Shown here: piece by piece, positions 1 to 8,312 of the stretch
Numbering within the stretch: position 1 is the first letter of the stretch
Layout: each line of letters opens with the position of its first letter
IMG/VR virus record: IMGVR_UViG_3300037991_001301
Location: 1 to 26,867 of that record
Reading direction: 5' to 3' (one strand)
Source: a virus
Taxonomy: Duplodnaviria > Caudoviricetes
DNA: 26,867 nt
Position numbers and translations under genes: made by a program
The notes under the pieces: generated by a model
Database searches by the model: none
Seen by the model: the letters and a program-made list of their open reading frames with translations, nothing else
Told to the model about the DNA's origin: nothing

Positions 1-318
1 TTCCTCCAGCGTGACCTCTACCTCTTCTCCGTCTATTCTGACCTTGTAGTAGGTGGGTTGCTCTTGTTCGTCCTCAACCTCAGTTTGTTCTTCGTCATCA
101 ATTTCATCATCAAAATCGGATTCTTCATCTTCAACCATCTCTTCTTCAAGTTCGGCTGCTTCTGGTAATTCATCCTCTTCAATGACTTCCTCTTCTACTT
201 CTTTTGTGACTGCCTCTTCAACTTTTTCCTCTTCTTGAGGAGTTAAGAAACTTTCAAACGCTGAAGTAGCTAGTTCTCCTTCAGTTTGTAAAGCAGTCGG
301 TTTTCCGTTATTGCTCAT
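1..318 (-). CDS. Capsid scaffolding protein, N-terminal part (runs off window edge)
   Basis: Not in the ORF track; translated by hand from ATG at 318 with AGGAG RBS: MSNNGKPTALQTEGELATSAFESFLTPQEEEKVEE...YYKVRIDGEEVEVTLEE. Very acidic N-terminus plus the 'YxVKxDGEEVEVTLEE' motif typical of phage scaffolds; located downstream of portal. Confidence 0.8.
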   Translation of the reverse strand, partial: MSNNGKPTALQTEGELATSAFESFLTPQEEEKVEEAVTKEVEEEVIEEDELPEAAELEEEMVEDEESDFDDEIDDEEQTEVEDEQEQPTYYKVRIDGEEVEVTLEE

Positions 319-380
319 AAATACTCCTTATGTGTATTTATAAGTATTTTATATGAATTTTTTTAAAAAAGAAAAGATTT

Positions 381-644
381 TTAGCCTACGCTACGAATCT
401 TATTGATATGTGTTTTGGTGAGTTTGCCTTTTTCTGCAATGATTCTAAGATGTTTTTCTATCTCAGGTATTAATAAAATTGATCTATGTAAGTCCTCTCT
501 GATATTCACATCTTTTATATCACGAGAGTTTAACCAAAAGTTGATGTATTCGTTTTTAAGGTTTTCTACAACCTCTTTAAATACATCTGAGTTTAATATT
601 TGTTCGGCTTGTTCAGCTTTGACGGCTTCTTCATGTGTTGGCAT
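381..644 (-). CDS. Hypothetical protein of the head module
   Basis: 87-aa helical-looking ORF, TAATG-coupled to the upstream gene, immediately before the scaffold. Confidence 0.75.
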   Translation of the reverse strand: MPTHEEAVKAEQAEQILNSDVFKEVVENLKNEYINFWLNSRDIKDVNIREDLHRSILLIPEIEKHLRIIAEKGKLTKTHINKIRSVG

Positions 645-1399
645 TAACCAGCTCCGCCTTCTTTTTCAAAGAAATCTGCAAACAAGAATGGATCTCTTGG
701 TTCAGGATCAGCCATGTCATCAGGATAAGATGTTGGTAAATCAACATTGCTTACATCTACTTTGGCTAAATCTTCAGGATCAATGCCTGATAAAAATGCC
801 TCTACATCCAAATCAAACTTTGTAGGCACTCTTACATCTGGGCTATAAAGATTAGGTGCAAAAGTAGTATTTAAAGCTATATCTTCTGCCACAATATTTT
901 CAGGTACAAAAACCTCTGAAACAAACGGTGAAATATATTGCTCATATTCTTGTTTAGGAACATAAACATCACCTGGCCCTGAAGGCATAAACGGGGCCAT
1001 GCTATCAGCAATAGTGGTTGCATCTGTAAATGTTGGGGGTGTTGTTGTTGTTACAGTTGGTGTTGTTGTTACAGTTGGTGTTGTTGTTGCCGCATTAAAA
1101 ATAGTAGGCTCTGATGTTCCTGCGGGTGCATAAGCCATTTGATCGTCTATCATGTAAGAATCGCCTGTGCTAATTCCTGGTGGCATAACTGGAACTGGCC
1201 CCATTGACATAAAGGGCATCTGTGTTCCTTGATAAAAAGTAGTACCCATAGGTGCTTGCGGTGAAAAACTAACACCTGGCGCAACAACGGCTGATAAAGG
1301 AACTCCGCCTGATAAGTATTGTGCATATTGTTGACCAGTTGCTACTGGTCCTGTGCCTGCTGTTACTTCTACTTGTCCTTGTGGTAGTCCTATTGCCAT
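644..1399 (-). CDS. Acidic, Pro/Thr/Gly-rich hypothetical protein
   Basis: 251-aa ORF tightly packed in the operon; contains a TTTPTV repeat; almost no basic residues. Confidence 0.7.
   Translation of the reverse strand: MAIGLPQGQVEVTAGTGPVATGQQYAQYLSGGVPLSAVVAPGVSFSPQAPMGTTFYQGTQMPFMSMGPVPVMPPGISTGDSYMIDDQMAYAPAGTSEPTIFNAATTTPTVTTTPTVTTTTPPTFTDATTIADSMAPFMPSGPGDVYVPKQEYEQYISPFVSEVFVPENIVAEDIALNTTFAPNLYSPDVRVPTKFDLDVEAFLSGIDPEDLAKVDVSNVDLPTSYPDDMADPEPRDPFLFADFFEKEGGAG
1043..1088. repeat. 18-bp tandem repeat, about 2.5 copies (TGTTGTTGTTACAGTTGG), encoding TTTPTV
   Basis: Copies at 1043-1060 and 1061-1078, partial copy at 1079-1088. Confidence 0.9.
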
Positions 1400-1400
1400 A

Positions 1401-1640
1401 TTAATTTGTTATTAGTTTATCTATTTTAGCATCAAGTTTGTCTATTTTGTCTATTAATCTTTGAAACTCGATTGTGTGTTCATTTCTTGTTAGATAATCT
1501 CTGGCTACTTCTTCTCTAGTTTTATTGACCAAAATGTCAACACGCTTGATCTCATTTTCGTTTTTTCTAATACCATAGACCAAAGGTGCTAAGATCAAAG
1601 TAACTATGAGATTCCAAACAATGTAGGCTGAAATCTCCAT
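1401..1640 (-). CDS. Small membrane protein (N-terminal TM + coiled coil), possible lysis accessory or holin-like protein
   Basis: Hydrophobic AYIVWNLIVTLILAPLVYGI followed by a heptad-like tail (LIDKIDKLDAKIDKL); adjacent to the endolysin. Confidence 0.6.
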   Translation of the reverse strand: MEISAYIVWNLIVTLILAPLVYGIRKNENEIKRVDILVNKTREEVARDYLTRNEHTIEFQRLIDKIDKLDAKIDKLITN

Positions 1641-1651
1641 ATCAATAAAAG

Positions 1652-2023
1652 TCAGTAGCTCCAGATGTGAGGGCGCGGGCTATAATTTTCCACTTCTGCG
1701 ATATCCAAATGTATAAATCGTCCATTTCCTTTTTGATTAACTCCTATTCCTGTAAAACCATGTGCTATACCTTTGTATAACACCTCTAATGCTTTTTGGT
1801 GACTAACAGCTATATCAACTGCTAGACCTAATGCGTGTGTGCCTGGTTTGCTTTTTTTAGCCTCTATAGGATGTTCAGGACATCTATAACCAGATGATAT
1901 AACTAGGGGAAATCCTAGGTCATCACGCAATGTTTGTAGTTTATCAACTAATTTATGATTTATCTCGTTTTTACCACAATGTTTACACTTGAATTCATCA
2001 AGTTTAAAGTTTTTCCAACTCAT
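1652..2023 (-). CDS. Peptidase M15A-family endolysin
   Basis: Motifs F-x-x-x-EF-x-C-x-x-CG, ISSGYRCPEH, H-x-x-G-x-AVDI, GIG and FIHLD (Zn ligands of the M15 fold). Confidence 0.9.
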   Translation of the reverse strand: MSWKNFKLDEFKCKHCGKNEINHKLVDKLQTLRDDLGFPLVISSGYRCPEHPIEAKKSKPGTHALGLAVDIAVSHQKALEVLYKGIAHGFTGIGVNQKGNGRFIHLDIAEVENYSPRPHIWSY

Positions 2024-2487
2024 TTCTTGTGGGACGAGCCGAAGTAAAAAGATATAACTGCGGTAGCTATACCTGTAATTGATCCAATAACCAGCATAAC
2101 AATGTCATCGCTTGCATCAGGCTGTGGATAAAGTGTGACTAAACCAATGTAACCAAAGAAACCTACAAGACATAGAACACCTAAAAATTTTGGTGTCCAA
2201 TCAGAGCTAAACTTTTCTCTAGCATCTTGCACATCTTCAGTTTGCAAAGCAAAAACATCAACCTCAAGTTCTTGCATTTGCACTTCAAATTCTTTTTCTG
2301 CTTTTTTAAGAGCAACCATTTGATCTGAGCTAAGACTTTGCATTGCATTTTCTATAGACTTTGGATTGTTGGGTACGCCCAATACACTACTTAATATTTG
2401 ACCAGCTTGGCCACCTAACGGGCCACCTAAAGCTGCTCCAAGTGTGGGTGCTAGACTACCTACTATGCTTTTTATTTTGTTTTTCAT
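2020..2487 (-). CDS. Holin-like protein (GTA-type 3TM holin family-like)
   Basis: N-terminal APTLGAALGGPLGG, central coiled coil ending D-x-x-DAR, two C-terminal TM segments and the terminal FYFGSS motif; ATGA overlap with the endolysin. Confidence 0.75.
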   Translation of the reverse strand: MKNKIKSIVGSLAPTLGAALGGPLGGQAGQILSSVLGVPNNPKSIENAMQSLSSDQMVALKKAEKEFEVQMQELEVDVFALQTEDVQDAREKFSSDWTPKFLGVLCLVGFFGYIGLVTLYPQPDASDDIVMLVIGSITGIATAVISFYFGSSHKK

Positions 2488-2596
2488 TTTCTTTAAATTT
2501 TCTTTCCTGCATTAATAGTTTTAATTCATGCCAACGATAAAATGTTTTATTGACATGATCCCAAAATAAGCCTTTATTTTCTTTTGGCTTTTCCAT
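2456..2596 (-). CDS. Small hypothetical protein, 46 aa (MEKPKENKGLFWDHVNKTFYRW...)
   Basis: Hand-translated; fills the gap and overlaps both neighbours. Confidence 0.6.
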   Translation of the reverse strand: MEKPKENKGLFWDHVNKTFYRWHELKLLMQERKFKENEKQNKKHSR

Positions 2597-2693
2597 TCTT
2601 GCTTTTAGCTTTTTGCCTTTTAGTATTTTTTTCCATGTACTTACTTAATTCAGCAAAGGTTTCAAATCTAATTTTTTTTTCAGGCTTACTCAC
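2574..2693 (-). CDS. Small basic protein, 39 aa (MSKPEKKIRFETFAELSKYMEKNTKRQKAKSKNGKAKRK)
   Basis: Hand-translated; GTG start overlaps the upstream stop (GTGA). Confidence 0.55.
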   Translation of the reverse strand: MSKPEKKIRFETFAELSKYMEKNTKRQKAKSKNGKAKRK

Positions 2694-2836
2694 TTGTGCT
2701 TGGTTATAACTTCAAACTCAGCCGAAGTTGATGCTCCTTTATGCGGTACAAACTTACCTTTATTTTTCATTAAACGATAACCTTTACCAACTTTCATAAA
2801 ATGATAACCTTTTGGAGCTTTAACTTTCTTTTTCAT
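2690..2836 (-). CDS. Small basic protein, 48 aa (MKKKVKAPKGYHFMKVGKGYRLMK...)
   Basis: Hand-translated; ATGA coupling with the upstream gene. Confidence 0.7.
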   Translation of the reverse strand: MKKKVKAPKGYHFMKVGKGYRLMKNKGKFVPHKGASTSAEFEVITKHK

Positions 2837-2952
2837 TTTCTTTTCTTCTTAGACATTTTAAGTTTTTTAAAGTCAGCACCAGTTATTTTATTTCTTGGCG
2901 GTGCTACCCGTGCAAGTTTCTTTTGTTTGGGTGAGTAATTTTTAGATGGCAT
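2833..2952 (-). CDS. Small basic protein, 39 aa (MPSKNYSPKQKKLARVAPPRNKITGADFKKLKMSKKKRK)
   Basis: Hand-translated; TAATG coupling upstream and ATGA coupling downstream. Confidence 0.7.
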   Translation of the reverse strand: MPSKNYSPKQKKLARVAPPRNKITGADFKKLKMSKKKRK

Positions 2953-3044
2953 TACTTTTTACCGCTTTTATATTTTTTCTTCATTGGTTTCTTCTTAGGC
3001 GGTCTGCCTACTTTAGATCCGTATGTTCCTTTACCTCTTGGCAT
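2952..3044 (-). CDS. Small basic protein, 30 aa (MPRGKGTYGSKVGRPPKKKPMKKKYKSGKK)
   Basis: Hand-translated; starts 2 nt after the upstream stop with AGGA upstream; AT-hook-like GRP core. Confidence 0.7.
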   Translation of the reverse strand: MPRGKGTYGSKVGRPPKKKPMKKKYKSGKK

Positions 3045-3046
3045 AG

Positions 3047-3286
3047 TTATTTCCTTTTCTTAGATTTTTTTGGCCTGTATAAATCTTGATCTGCTTTTCT
3101 TGCACCGCCTTTGCCAGTAGCAAAAGAACGGACACGGCCACAAGCCCAACCGTGAGCAGACACACCTGGTCGAGAACCTGAACTGTAATAAGCTCCTAGT
3201 CCTCTTTTATAAACTTTCTCTAAAGTGCTTTTAGATATACCACTAGACTTAGAATATTTAGCTATACATTCGCTTTTACTGGCCAC
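3047..3286 (-). CDS. Basic hypothetical phage protein
   Basis: 79 aa; motif SGIS-x-STL-x-KVY-x-RG-x-GAY-x-x-SGSRPG-x-S...W...RV-x-SF, recalled from marine viral hypothetical proteins. Confidence 0.75.
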   Translation of the reverse strand: MASKSECIAKYSKSSGISKSTLEKVYKRGLGAYYSSGSRPGVSAHGWACGRVRSFATGKGGARKADQDLYRPKKSKKRK

Positions 3287-3485
3287 TTTTTACTCTCTTT
3301 TTTGATATATTGTTCATCGTTTTACGAGTAAGTTTACCAGCCTTATATAACATTCTAGTTCTCAAAATTTCGTTTTCAGTTTGTTTTGGATTCTTTGAGC
3401 CTTTGATGTATTTCTTTGGCACACCTCTTGCAGTTTTTTCTACTGCTTTAAATTTGCGCTTTTGTTTGCGACTTTTTACAACCAT
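3276..3485 (-). CDS. Lys/Arg-rich hypothetical protein
   Basis: 69-aa ORF overlapping both neighbours in the operon. Confidence 0.7.
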   Translation of the reverse strand: MVVKSRKQKRKFKAVEKTARGVPKKYIKGSKNPKQTENEILRTRMLYKAGKLTRKTMNNISKKRVKSGQ

Positions 3486-3577
3486 CGATCTATTTTATCT
3501 TTGATGTAATGTTTATGTTTGTCATAGACTAAATAACCTACGACACCTACGAGTATAATTATTATTAATATTTCCAT
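3476..3577 (-). CDS. Single-TM microprotein, 33 aa (MEILIIIILVGVVGYLVYDKHKHYIKDKIDRWL)
   Basis: Hand-translated; fills the gap exactly; clear hydrophobic N-terminus. Confidence 0.65.
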   Translation of the reverse strand: MEILIIIILVGVVGYLVYDKHKHYIKDKIDRWL

Positions 3578-3590
3578 AGTAGGATTATAC

Positions 3591-3842
3591 CTACCATTTC
3601 TTACAAGACCAATATCTAGGGGTTAGTTTGCTTGGGGGTTTGGTATCGCACTTATGTCTAGCACGAAAGGATTTTCTTCTAGCAGGATCGCTTTTTTTGA
3701 TTTTCATATTAGGATCACCAAAGCGAACAAGTTTGACTTGCTCTCCAACTTTTGCAAGTACGGCAAACTTTTTACGCTTGCCTGGTGTTCTTTTGGGTTT
3801 GTTATAACCGCTAAATCTTTCGCCTCTGTATGTAATTGCCAT
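3591..3842 (-). CDS. Basic hypothetical phage protein
   Basis: 83 aa; KKF-x-V...K-x-VRFGD...RRKSFRARH-x-C...YWSC-x-x-W motif, recalled as widespread in marine phages. Confidence 0.8.
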   Translation of the reverse strand: MAITYRGERFSGYNKPKRTPGKRKKFAVLAKVGEQVKLVRFGDPNMKIKKSDPARRKSFRARHKCDTKPPSKLTPRYWSCKKW

Positions 3843-4015
3843 TAGTGTAAAGTTTTCTCCTCGAAACTTATGATCTCTGAGTTTTCATTTACCTGTCCAC
3901 CCGACATAAGTATCATTATTTGAAGTGCATGATCTTTATTTCTAGCTTTTATTTCTGAACCACGATAGACAATCTCGCCTTCCATTACTTCAATGTCAAA
4001 TATTTTGTGGGACAT
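3842..4015 (-). CDS. Hypothetical protein, 57 aa (MSHKIFDIEV...)
   Basis: ORF track gives 3842..4090; the ATG at 4015 is the likelier start because it minimises overlap with the portal. Confidence 0.65.
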   Translation of the reverse strand: MSHKIFDIEVMEGEIVYRGSEIKARNKDHALQIMILMSGGQVNENSEIISFEEKTLH

Positions 4016-6152
4016 TTCCTGTAAATAATCCTTGAGCTTGGTCTTTTGCAGTTTGCCTGATAGTTTCTCGGTCACGCTCCATGATAGCATTTATTTCTGC
4101 TATGTTGACCTGAGTTCCGTATTTAGCTAACAATTCTGCCGCCTTCAATCTAATTTGTGCTTCAGCTTCATCTCTGTTTCTATCATCATCCATGATAATC
4201 TTCATGCGATCTGTTTCTGCATCAATGATTGCTTTTTGTGCTTGGTTCTGTGCTTTCATTGCTTCCGCTTGTGCTAATAGCTCAGCTGCATCAGGCTTAG
4301 TCTGCTCTGGTGAAGGTGGCATTGGCGGTACTTCAGTATTGATAAATGATTCAGGATCTTTAAATCCAGCCATCTCTATCATTCTGCTAAGTGTGTTTGC
4401 GTATTGTTGTAAAGAAACCATAGGATTATTTGGTCCTAGAGTTTGTAGGATTTGTTCTTGCTTACCTGCAACTGATCCTAAGATAGCAAATTTCTCTTCA
4501 TCGGATGATTTAGAGATTGCAACATTAACAATTAAATCTTTGTCAGCGTTCCAATATCTAGGATCAACAGGTATGAACTTACCATTGAGCCTAAAGACAT
4601 CTTGAGAGTTTTGATGTTTGATAACCAAGTTATTAATCAAGGTAAATAAATCTTTCATTCCGCCTTCGGCAAAGTGTCTGCATATTAATTCGATACGACC
4701 TTGTGCGCCAGACATGGTTGCTGCCACCGCAGCTTTGGTGCTTGATTGTAAAGCATCAGCATTTAAGCCTGCTGAAGCCTTAGATACACCTGTTCTATTT
4801 TCTTTACTTTCATCTAAGTAACCAAGAACAGGGAACGCTTCCTTGCCAACAAAAGGGACTGAGAAGGGTTGTACCATTCCTGGCGCACGCACACGAATAG
4901 GCTGTCCAATGTCTGTGTTTAAGACATCATCGATGTTGACTTGTCCTTCGACAACAGCCATTCGTGGGAAAATAGAATGCCCTAACGAATCGAGTGTATC
5001 TCGCATAATTTGCGACTTTGCTGCTTGGATAGGTTTGAGGTAATCCGCAGGGCATGATCCGATTGCAGTATGCGGTTCAGGATCAGGGCAAAACATGACA
5101 ATAGGTAAATCATCCCATTGCTCAACATTTAACACATGCAGTCCATCACCAACGGTGCATACTCTAATTCTTTCATCGATTCCATCACCATCAAAGTCAT
5201 AGAAAAGATAATGTTCAATGTATAAAACATCCTTACCGCCTGAATCGTTACGATCTGGATAAACCATGTTATCGAAAGGATTACGGGCTTGTTGTTCATC
5301 GTAGCTTTCTGGATCAAGTGCTGTACCTGCATACGAGGCATACTCTTCTATTTCGTCTTGGTCGTAACCCATGGCAACGAGTTCTGAAACAGACTTAATC
5401 ATTCTATGTGCTACATACGAGGCAGATTTAATATCTCGTGCGTGCCTTGAAATTAAAACCTCTTCGGGTGGGATAGCTTCTAAACACACTTGGTTTTTAG
5501 CTTTGACTCTGCGAATAGTAATGTCATACATCGCAGGGATTTCTTGTACCACCTCTTCACCGCTTACAGGATCAAGCGTGGTTATGGTTTCCATGGTTAC
5601 TGATTCTTCTACAATCTCAACATTCGGATCGAGTACCAAGGCTTGATACGATTGTGGATCTAAGCCTGTGTATTCGTGAGTTGAAGCTGTAATTGAATCG
5701 TCCCAAAAGCCCTTAACAAAACCCGTCTTACGCACCAACGCATCTTTAAATGCAGAGTACATAACATTGAAACCCTGATTCTTTTGTTGAACGATGTAGT
5801 TGATGTAGTCGGTTTGTTGCTCTGCCAGGGGAATATCTTCAGGGCCATTGGGAACGAACTCTACTACCTTCTTAGTGCCAAAGAATGTACGCATGATTGA
5901 AGGCAACATAAATAAAACTGTATCTCTAACATCGGTAGAAATAAATTCTGATTGTAAAGTTGAAGTGGCTTCAGGTTCGCTACCTAAATAATATTCAGTA
6001 GACTCTGATCTCTCTTCTCCGACTTGGTGGATGAAATCTTTTGCATCATCCATCTCAGATTTAATTACACCGACTAAATCGATCATGCTTGATTCTTCAT
6101 CAAGTTGCATTTCGATTTCTGCTTCGATTTCTTTAACTTTCTTTTTTGCCAT
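3996..6152 (-). CDS. Portal protein (podovirus type, with long C-terminal coiled-coil barrel)
   Basis: 718 aa, downstream of terL; motifs STDVRDTV...MPSIMRTFFG, AEQQTDYINY, FKDALVRKTGFVK, DYLKPIQ, RTGVS; Q/A-rich helical C-terminus. Confidence 0.9.
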   Translation of the reverse strand: MAKKKVKEIEAEIEMQLDEESSMIDLVGVIKSEMDDAKDFIHQVGEERSESTEYYLGSEPEATSTLQSEFISTDVRDTVLFMLPSIMRTFFGTKKVVEFVPNGPEDIPLAEQQTDYINYIVQQKNQGFNVMYSAFKDALVRKTGFVKGFWDDSITASTHEYTGLDPQSYQALVLDPNVEIVEESVTMETITTLDPVSGEEVVQEIPAMYDITIRRVKAKNQVCLEAIPPEEVLISRHARDIKSASYVAHRMIKSVSELVAMGYDQDEIEEYASYAGTALDPESYDEQQARNPFDNMVYPDRNDSGGKDVLYIEHYLFYDFDGDGIDERIRVCTVGDGLHVLNVEQWDDLPIVMFCPDPEPHTAIGSCPADYLKPIQAAKSQIMRDTLDSLGHSIFPRMAVVEGQVNIDDVLNTDIGQPIRVRAPGMVQPFSVPFVGKEAFPVLGYLDESKENRTGVSKASAGLNADALQSSTKAAVAATMSGAQGRIELICRHFAEGGMKDLFTLINNLVIKHQNSQDVFRLNGKFIPVDPRYWNADKDLIVNVAISKSSDEEKFAILGSVAGKQEQILQTLGPNNPMVSLQQYANTLSRMIEMAGFKDPESFINTEVPPMPPSPEQTKPDAAELLAQAEAMKAQNQAQKAIIDAETDRMKIIMDDDRNRDEAEAQIRLKAAELLAKYGTQVNIAEINAIMERDRETIRQTAKDQAQGLFTGNVPQNI

Positions 6153-6161
6153 ATAAGTTAC

Positions 6162-6617
6162 CTAGTTTAACAAACCTTTGTAATATTCTTTAAATTCTTC
6201 TGGCTTGTAATTAATTGAAAAGTTGATAGCTCTTTGTTTTGCATTTTCACCTTTACCAAAATTAATTAATTGTTTGTTTTTTTTTGCAAAATCCATTGCA
6301 TCTTTGGTTTTATCAAACTCTATGTATTTTCCATCCTGTAATACAACATTTGGAAACACAATCCAATTTCCCTCTTTGTCTTGTTCGGCTGACATGCGAT
6401 GAGTTTTCATCTTGCCCTCTTCAAACAAACTTGGAATAGGAAATTCGCCAGGCTCTAAAATTCTATCCACGAATTGCAAATCTTTGTTATCCATTAGGAC
6501 TTGCATATTTTGTAGGTTTAATGGATCAAGTTGATTCATTCTGTTTTGCATCAACAAATCTCTACCTCTTCCTTTTGAAGCATAGTTCAGAGATTGCATC
6601 AATTCTTCAACTTTCAT
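6162..6617 (-). CDS. Hypothetical protein between terL and portal
   Basis: 151-aa ORF starting 1 nt after the terL stop and ending 9 nt before the portal start. Confidence 0.75.
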   Translation of the reverse strand: MKVEELMQSLNYASKGRGRDLLMQNRMNQLDPLNLQNMQVLMDNKDLQFVDRILEPGEFPIPSLFEEGKMKTHRMSAEQDKEGNWIVFPNVVLQDGKYIEFDKTKDAMDFAKKNKQLINFGKGENAKQRAINFSINYKPEEFKEYYKGLLN

Positions 6618-6618
6618 A

Positions 6619-8151
6619 TTATCCCACTCTAAATATTCTGGACTTCAGAGGTTTCTTGAAATTATAACCGAAATGCGCTCCGCTTCCACTAAAACTTGCG
6701 GCACTACTTGCCATGGTCAAAGCAAGTGCATCGGCTTTGTCGGGTGATTTAATTCCACGCTTACGCATTTCATCTTTTGATTCTATTTTTATTTTACCGC
6801 TAGAAGTATATTTGTATTGAGGCGAGGCAAGTTCTGCGGCCAACTCATCATCTTCAGGTATTCTACAATCACGCTTGGTCAACCAGTCTTTAACAGCGAA
6901 CCAAAGTTCCGCACGCAAGTTCAAATAATTTTTTTTGGTCGCAGGTGCTTCCGCAACATTTACGCCACGCACGGGAAGGTTTTGTTCAGCCAATCGATCC
7001 ACCACGCCCGAACCCAAACCAATCACATCAACCAATATTTCTTGTGGTTGTTCCATCACGGTTGAATCATCAAATTTATTTTTGACCGCACCACAAAGTT
7101 GCATGAGATCCATGGACGGAAAAGTTACCAAGTCTAAAACGGTGTTTCCTTGGCGTACGCAGAGGGCAGAATTATCTCCGCCAAAGCGTGCGACATCTAA
7201 TCCCCAAACAATTGGTTCGTTTGCGGTTAAAGATACATCACGATTCATAGCACCACGGATGAGTTCCATAGGTATGACGGTATCGTCATCTGCAGACGGG
7301 AACTCACCCATGACTTCAACTTTAGACACGGTGGAATCTTCACCGTATTGTTCAATCATCTTTTGGAATAACTCTTTGTCCGTGCCTTCGACTTCTCGTG
7401 AGTCTATTTGTTCGGTTTTCCAGTACGCACGCTTAGAGTGAAAGCTATCGTAAAACGGCCCTGTGTTTCTTCTAGGGTTAGAAAAGGTAAACCAATAACG
7501 ATCTTTCGTGGGTTCGGAGAAGAAACCTTCAGATACCGAGTAAATGGGTGCGGGAATACCAGAGGCTTCGTCCATGATTAGGCAAACTCCGTAAGTGGAG
7601 TGAATACCAGCGAACGCATCAGGGTTTTCTTCAGACCATAGTTGCGCTTGTGCGTAATAGTAGCCTGTATCTATTTTTAAATCTTCGGTGAGGGCTTTTT
7701 CAAACCATTGTGCTGGTTTTATTGCGGTTGCGGTCTTGTGAAACCAATGTGAATGTATGGATAGCGTGAGCCATTTACCTAATTCAGCCCATGTTCTACT
7801 TCTAAGCTGTTGTTCGGTGTTAGCTGTTACGATAATGGTTGCACCAAGCCTGGTTGATAGCATCCAAATGATAATCCATGCAACTAAAGCTGATTTACCA
7901 ATACCACGGCCTGAAGCTACGGCTAATCTAAACATTTCTGGTAGATCAACAACACCGTTTCTTTGGATATGTATTGAAATTTCCCTCAAAATTTTTTCTT
8001 GCCACTTCCTTGGTCCTGAGAAATGCTCAAGGGGGGTATCCTTTTGTCCCCATGGGAACACGAATTTGACGAAATTGTACGGATCGTCCTTAACATTGAG
8101 TGACCAAATGGCTGACATTAGCTCTTTTTCTTCTTTTACTGAATATTTCAT
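6619..8151 (-). CDS. terL: Terminase large subunit
   Basis: Walker A ASGRGIGKS, Walker B IMDEASG, motif III SNP, RNase H-like nuclease motifs GLDVARFGGD, VDVIGLG and SPDKADAL. Confidence 0.95.
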   Translation of the reverse strand: MKYSVKEEKELMSAIWSLNVKDDPYNFVKFVFPWGQKDTPLEHFSGPRKWQEKILREISIHIQRNGVVDLPEMFRLAVASGRGIGKSALVAWIIIWMLSTRLGATIIVTANTEQQLRSRTWAELGKWLTLSIHSHWFHKTATAIKPAQWFEKALTEDLKIDTGYYYAQAQLWSEENPDAFAGIHSTYGVCLIMDEASGIPAPIYSVSEGFFSEPTKDRYWFTFSNPRRNTGPFYDSFHSKRAYWKTEQIDSREVEGTDKELFQKMIEQYGEDSTVSKVEVMGEFPSADDDTVIPMELIRGAMNRDVSLTANEPIVWGLDVARFGGDNSALCVRQGNTVLDLVTFPSMDLMQLCGAVKNKFDDSTVMEQPQEILVDVIGLGSGVVDRLAEQNLPVRGVNVAEAPATKKNYLNLRAELWFAVKDWLTKRDCRIPEDDELAAELASPQYKYTSSGKIKIESKDEMRKRGIKSPDKADALALTMASSAASFSGSGAHFGYNFKKPLKSRIFRVG

Positions 8152-8191
8152 AAAAATAATAAAATTTTAATTCATTAGTTCCGTGAACTGT

Positions 8192-8262
8192 ACCCCGCCC
8201 ATAACGAACGAACGGGGGTTGTAGCGATAGTAAGTACTGACTTATGTAAGTAAGTACTAACT
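8192..8262. repeat. GC-rich hairpin plus tandem 14-bp direct repeat in the terS-terL intergenic region (candidate packaging/terminus element)
   Basis: ACCCCG...CGGGGGT at 8192-8219 enclosing AACG x3; AGTAAGTACT(G/A)ACT at 8229 and 8249 (20-bp period, palindromic AGTACT core). Confidence 0.6.
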
Positions 8263-8312
8263 AACATGATTGATTATTTGAAAGGGAGAAAAAAGGGAAA
8301 TAATCAAGTGCT

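Noticed and set aside
53-238. Poly-Ser ORF on the + strand
   Set aside because: Antisense shadow of the Glu/Asp-rich scaffold gene on the - strand.
4192-8170. Multiple + strand ORFs opposite portal and terL (similar ones lie opposite primase, ejection and tail genes)
   Set aside because: Antisense shadows of well-supported genes, with no recognisable motifs.
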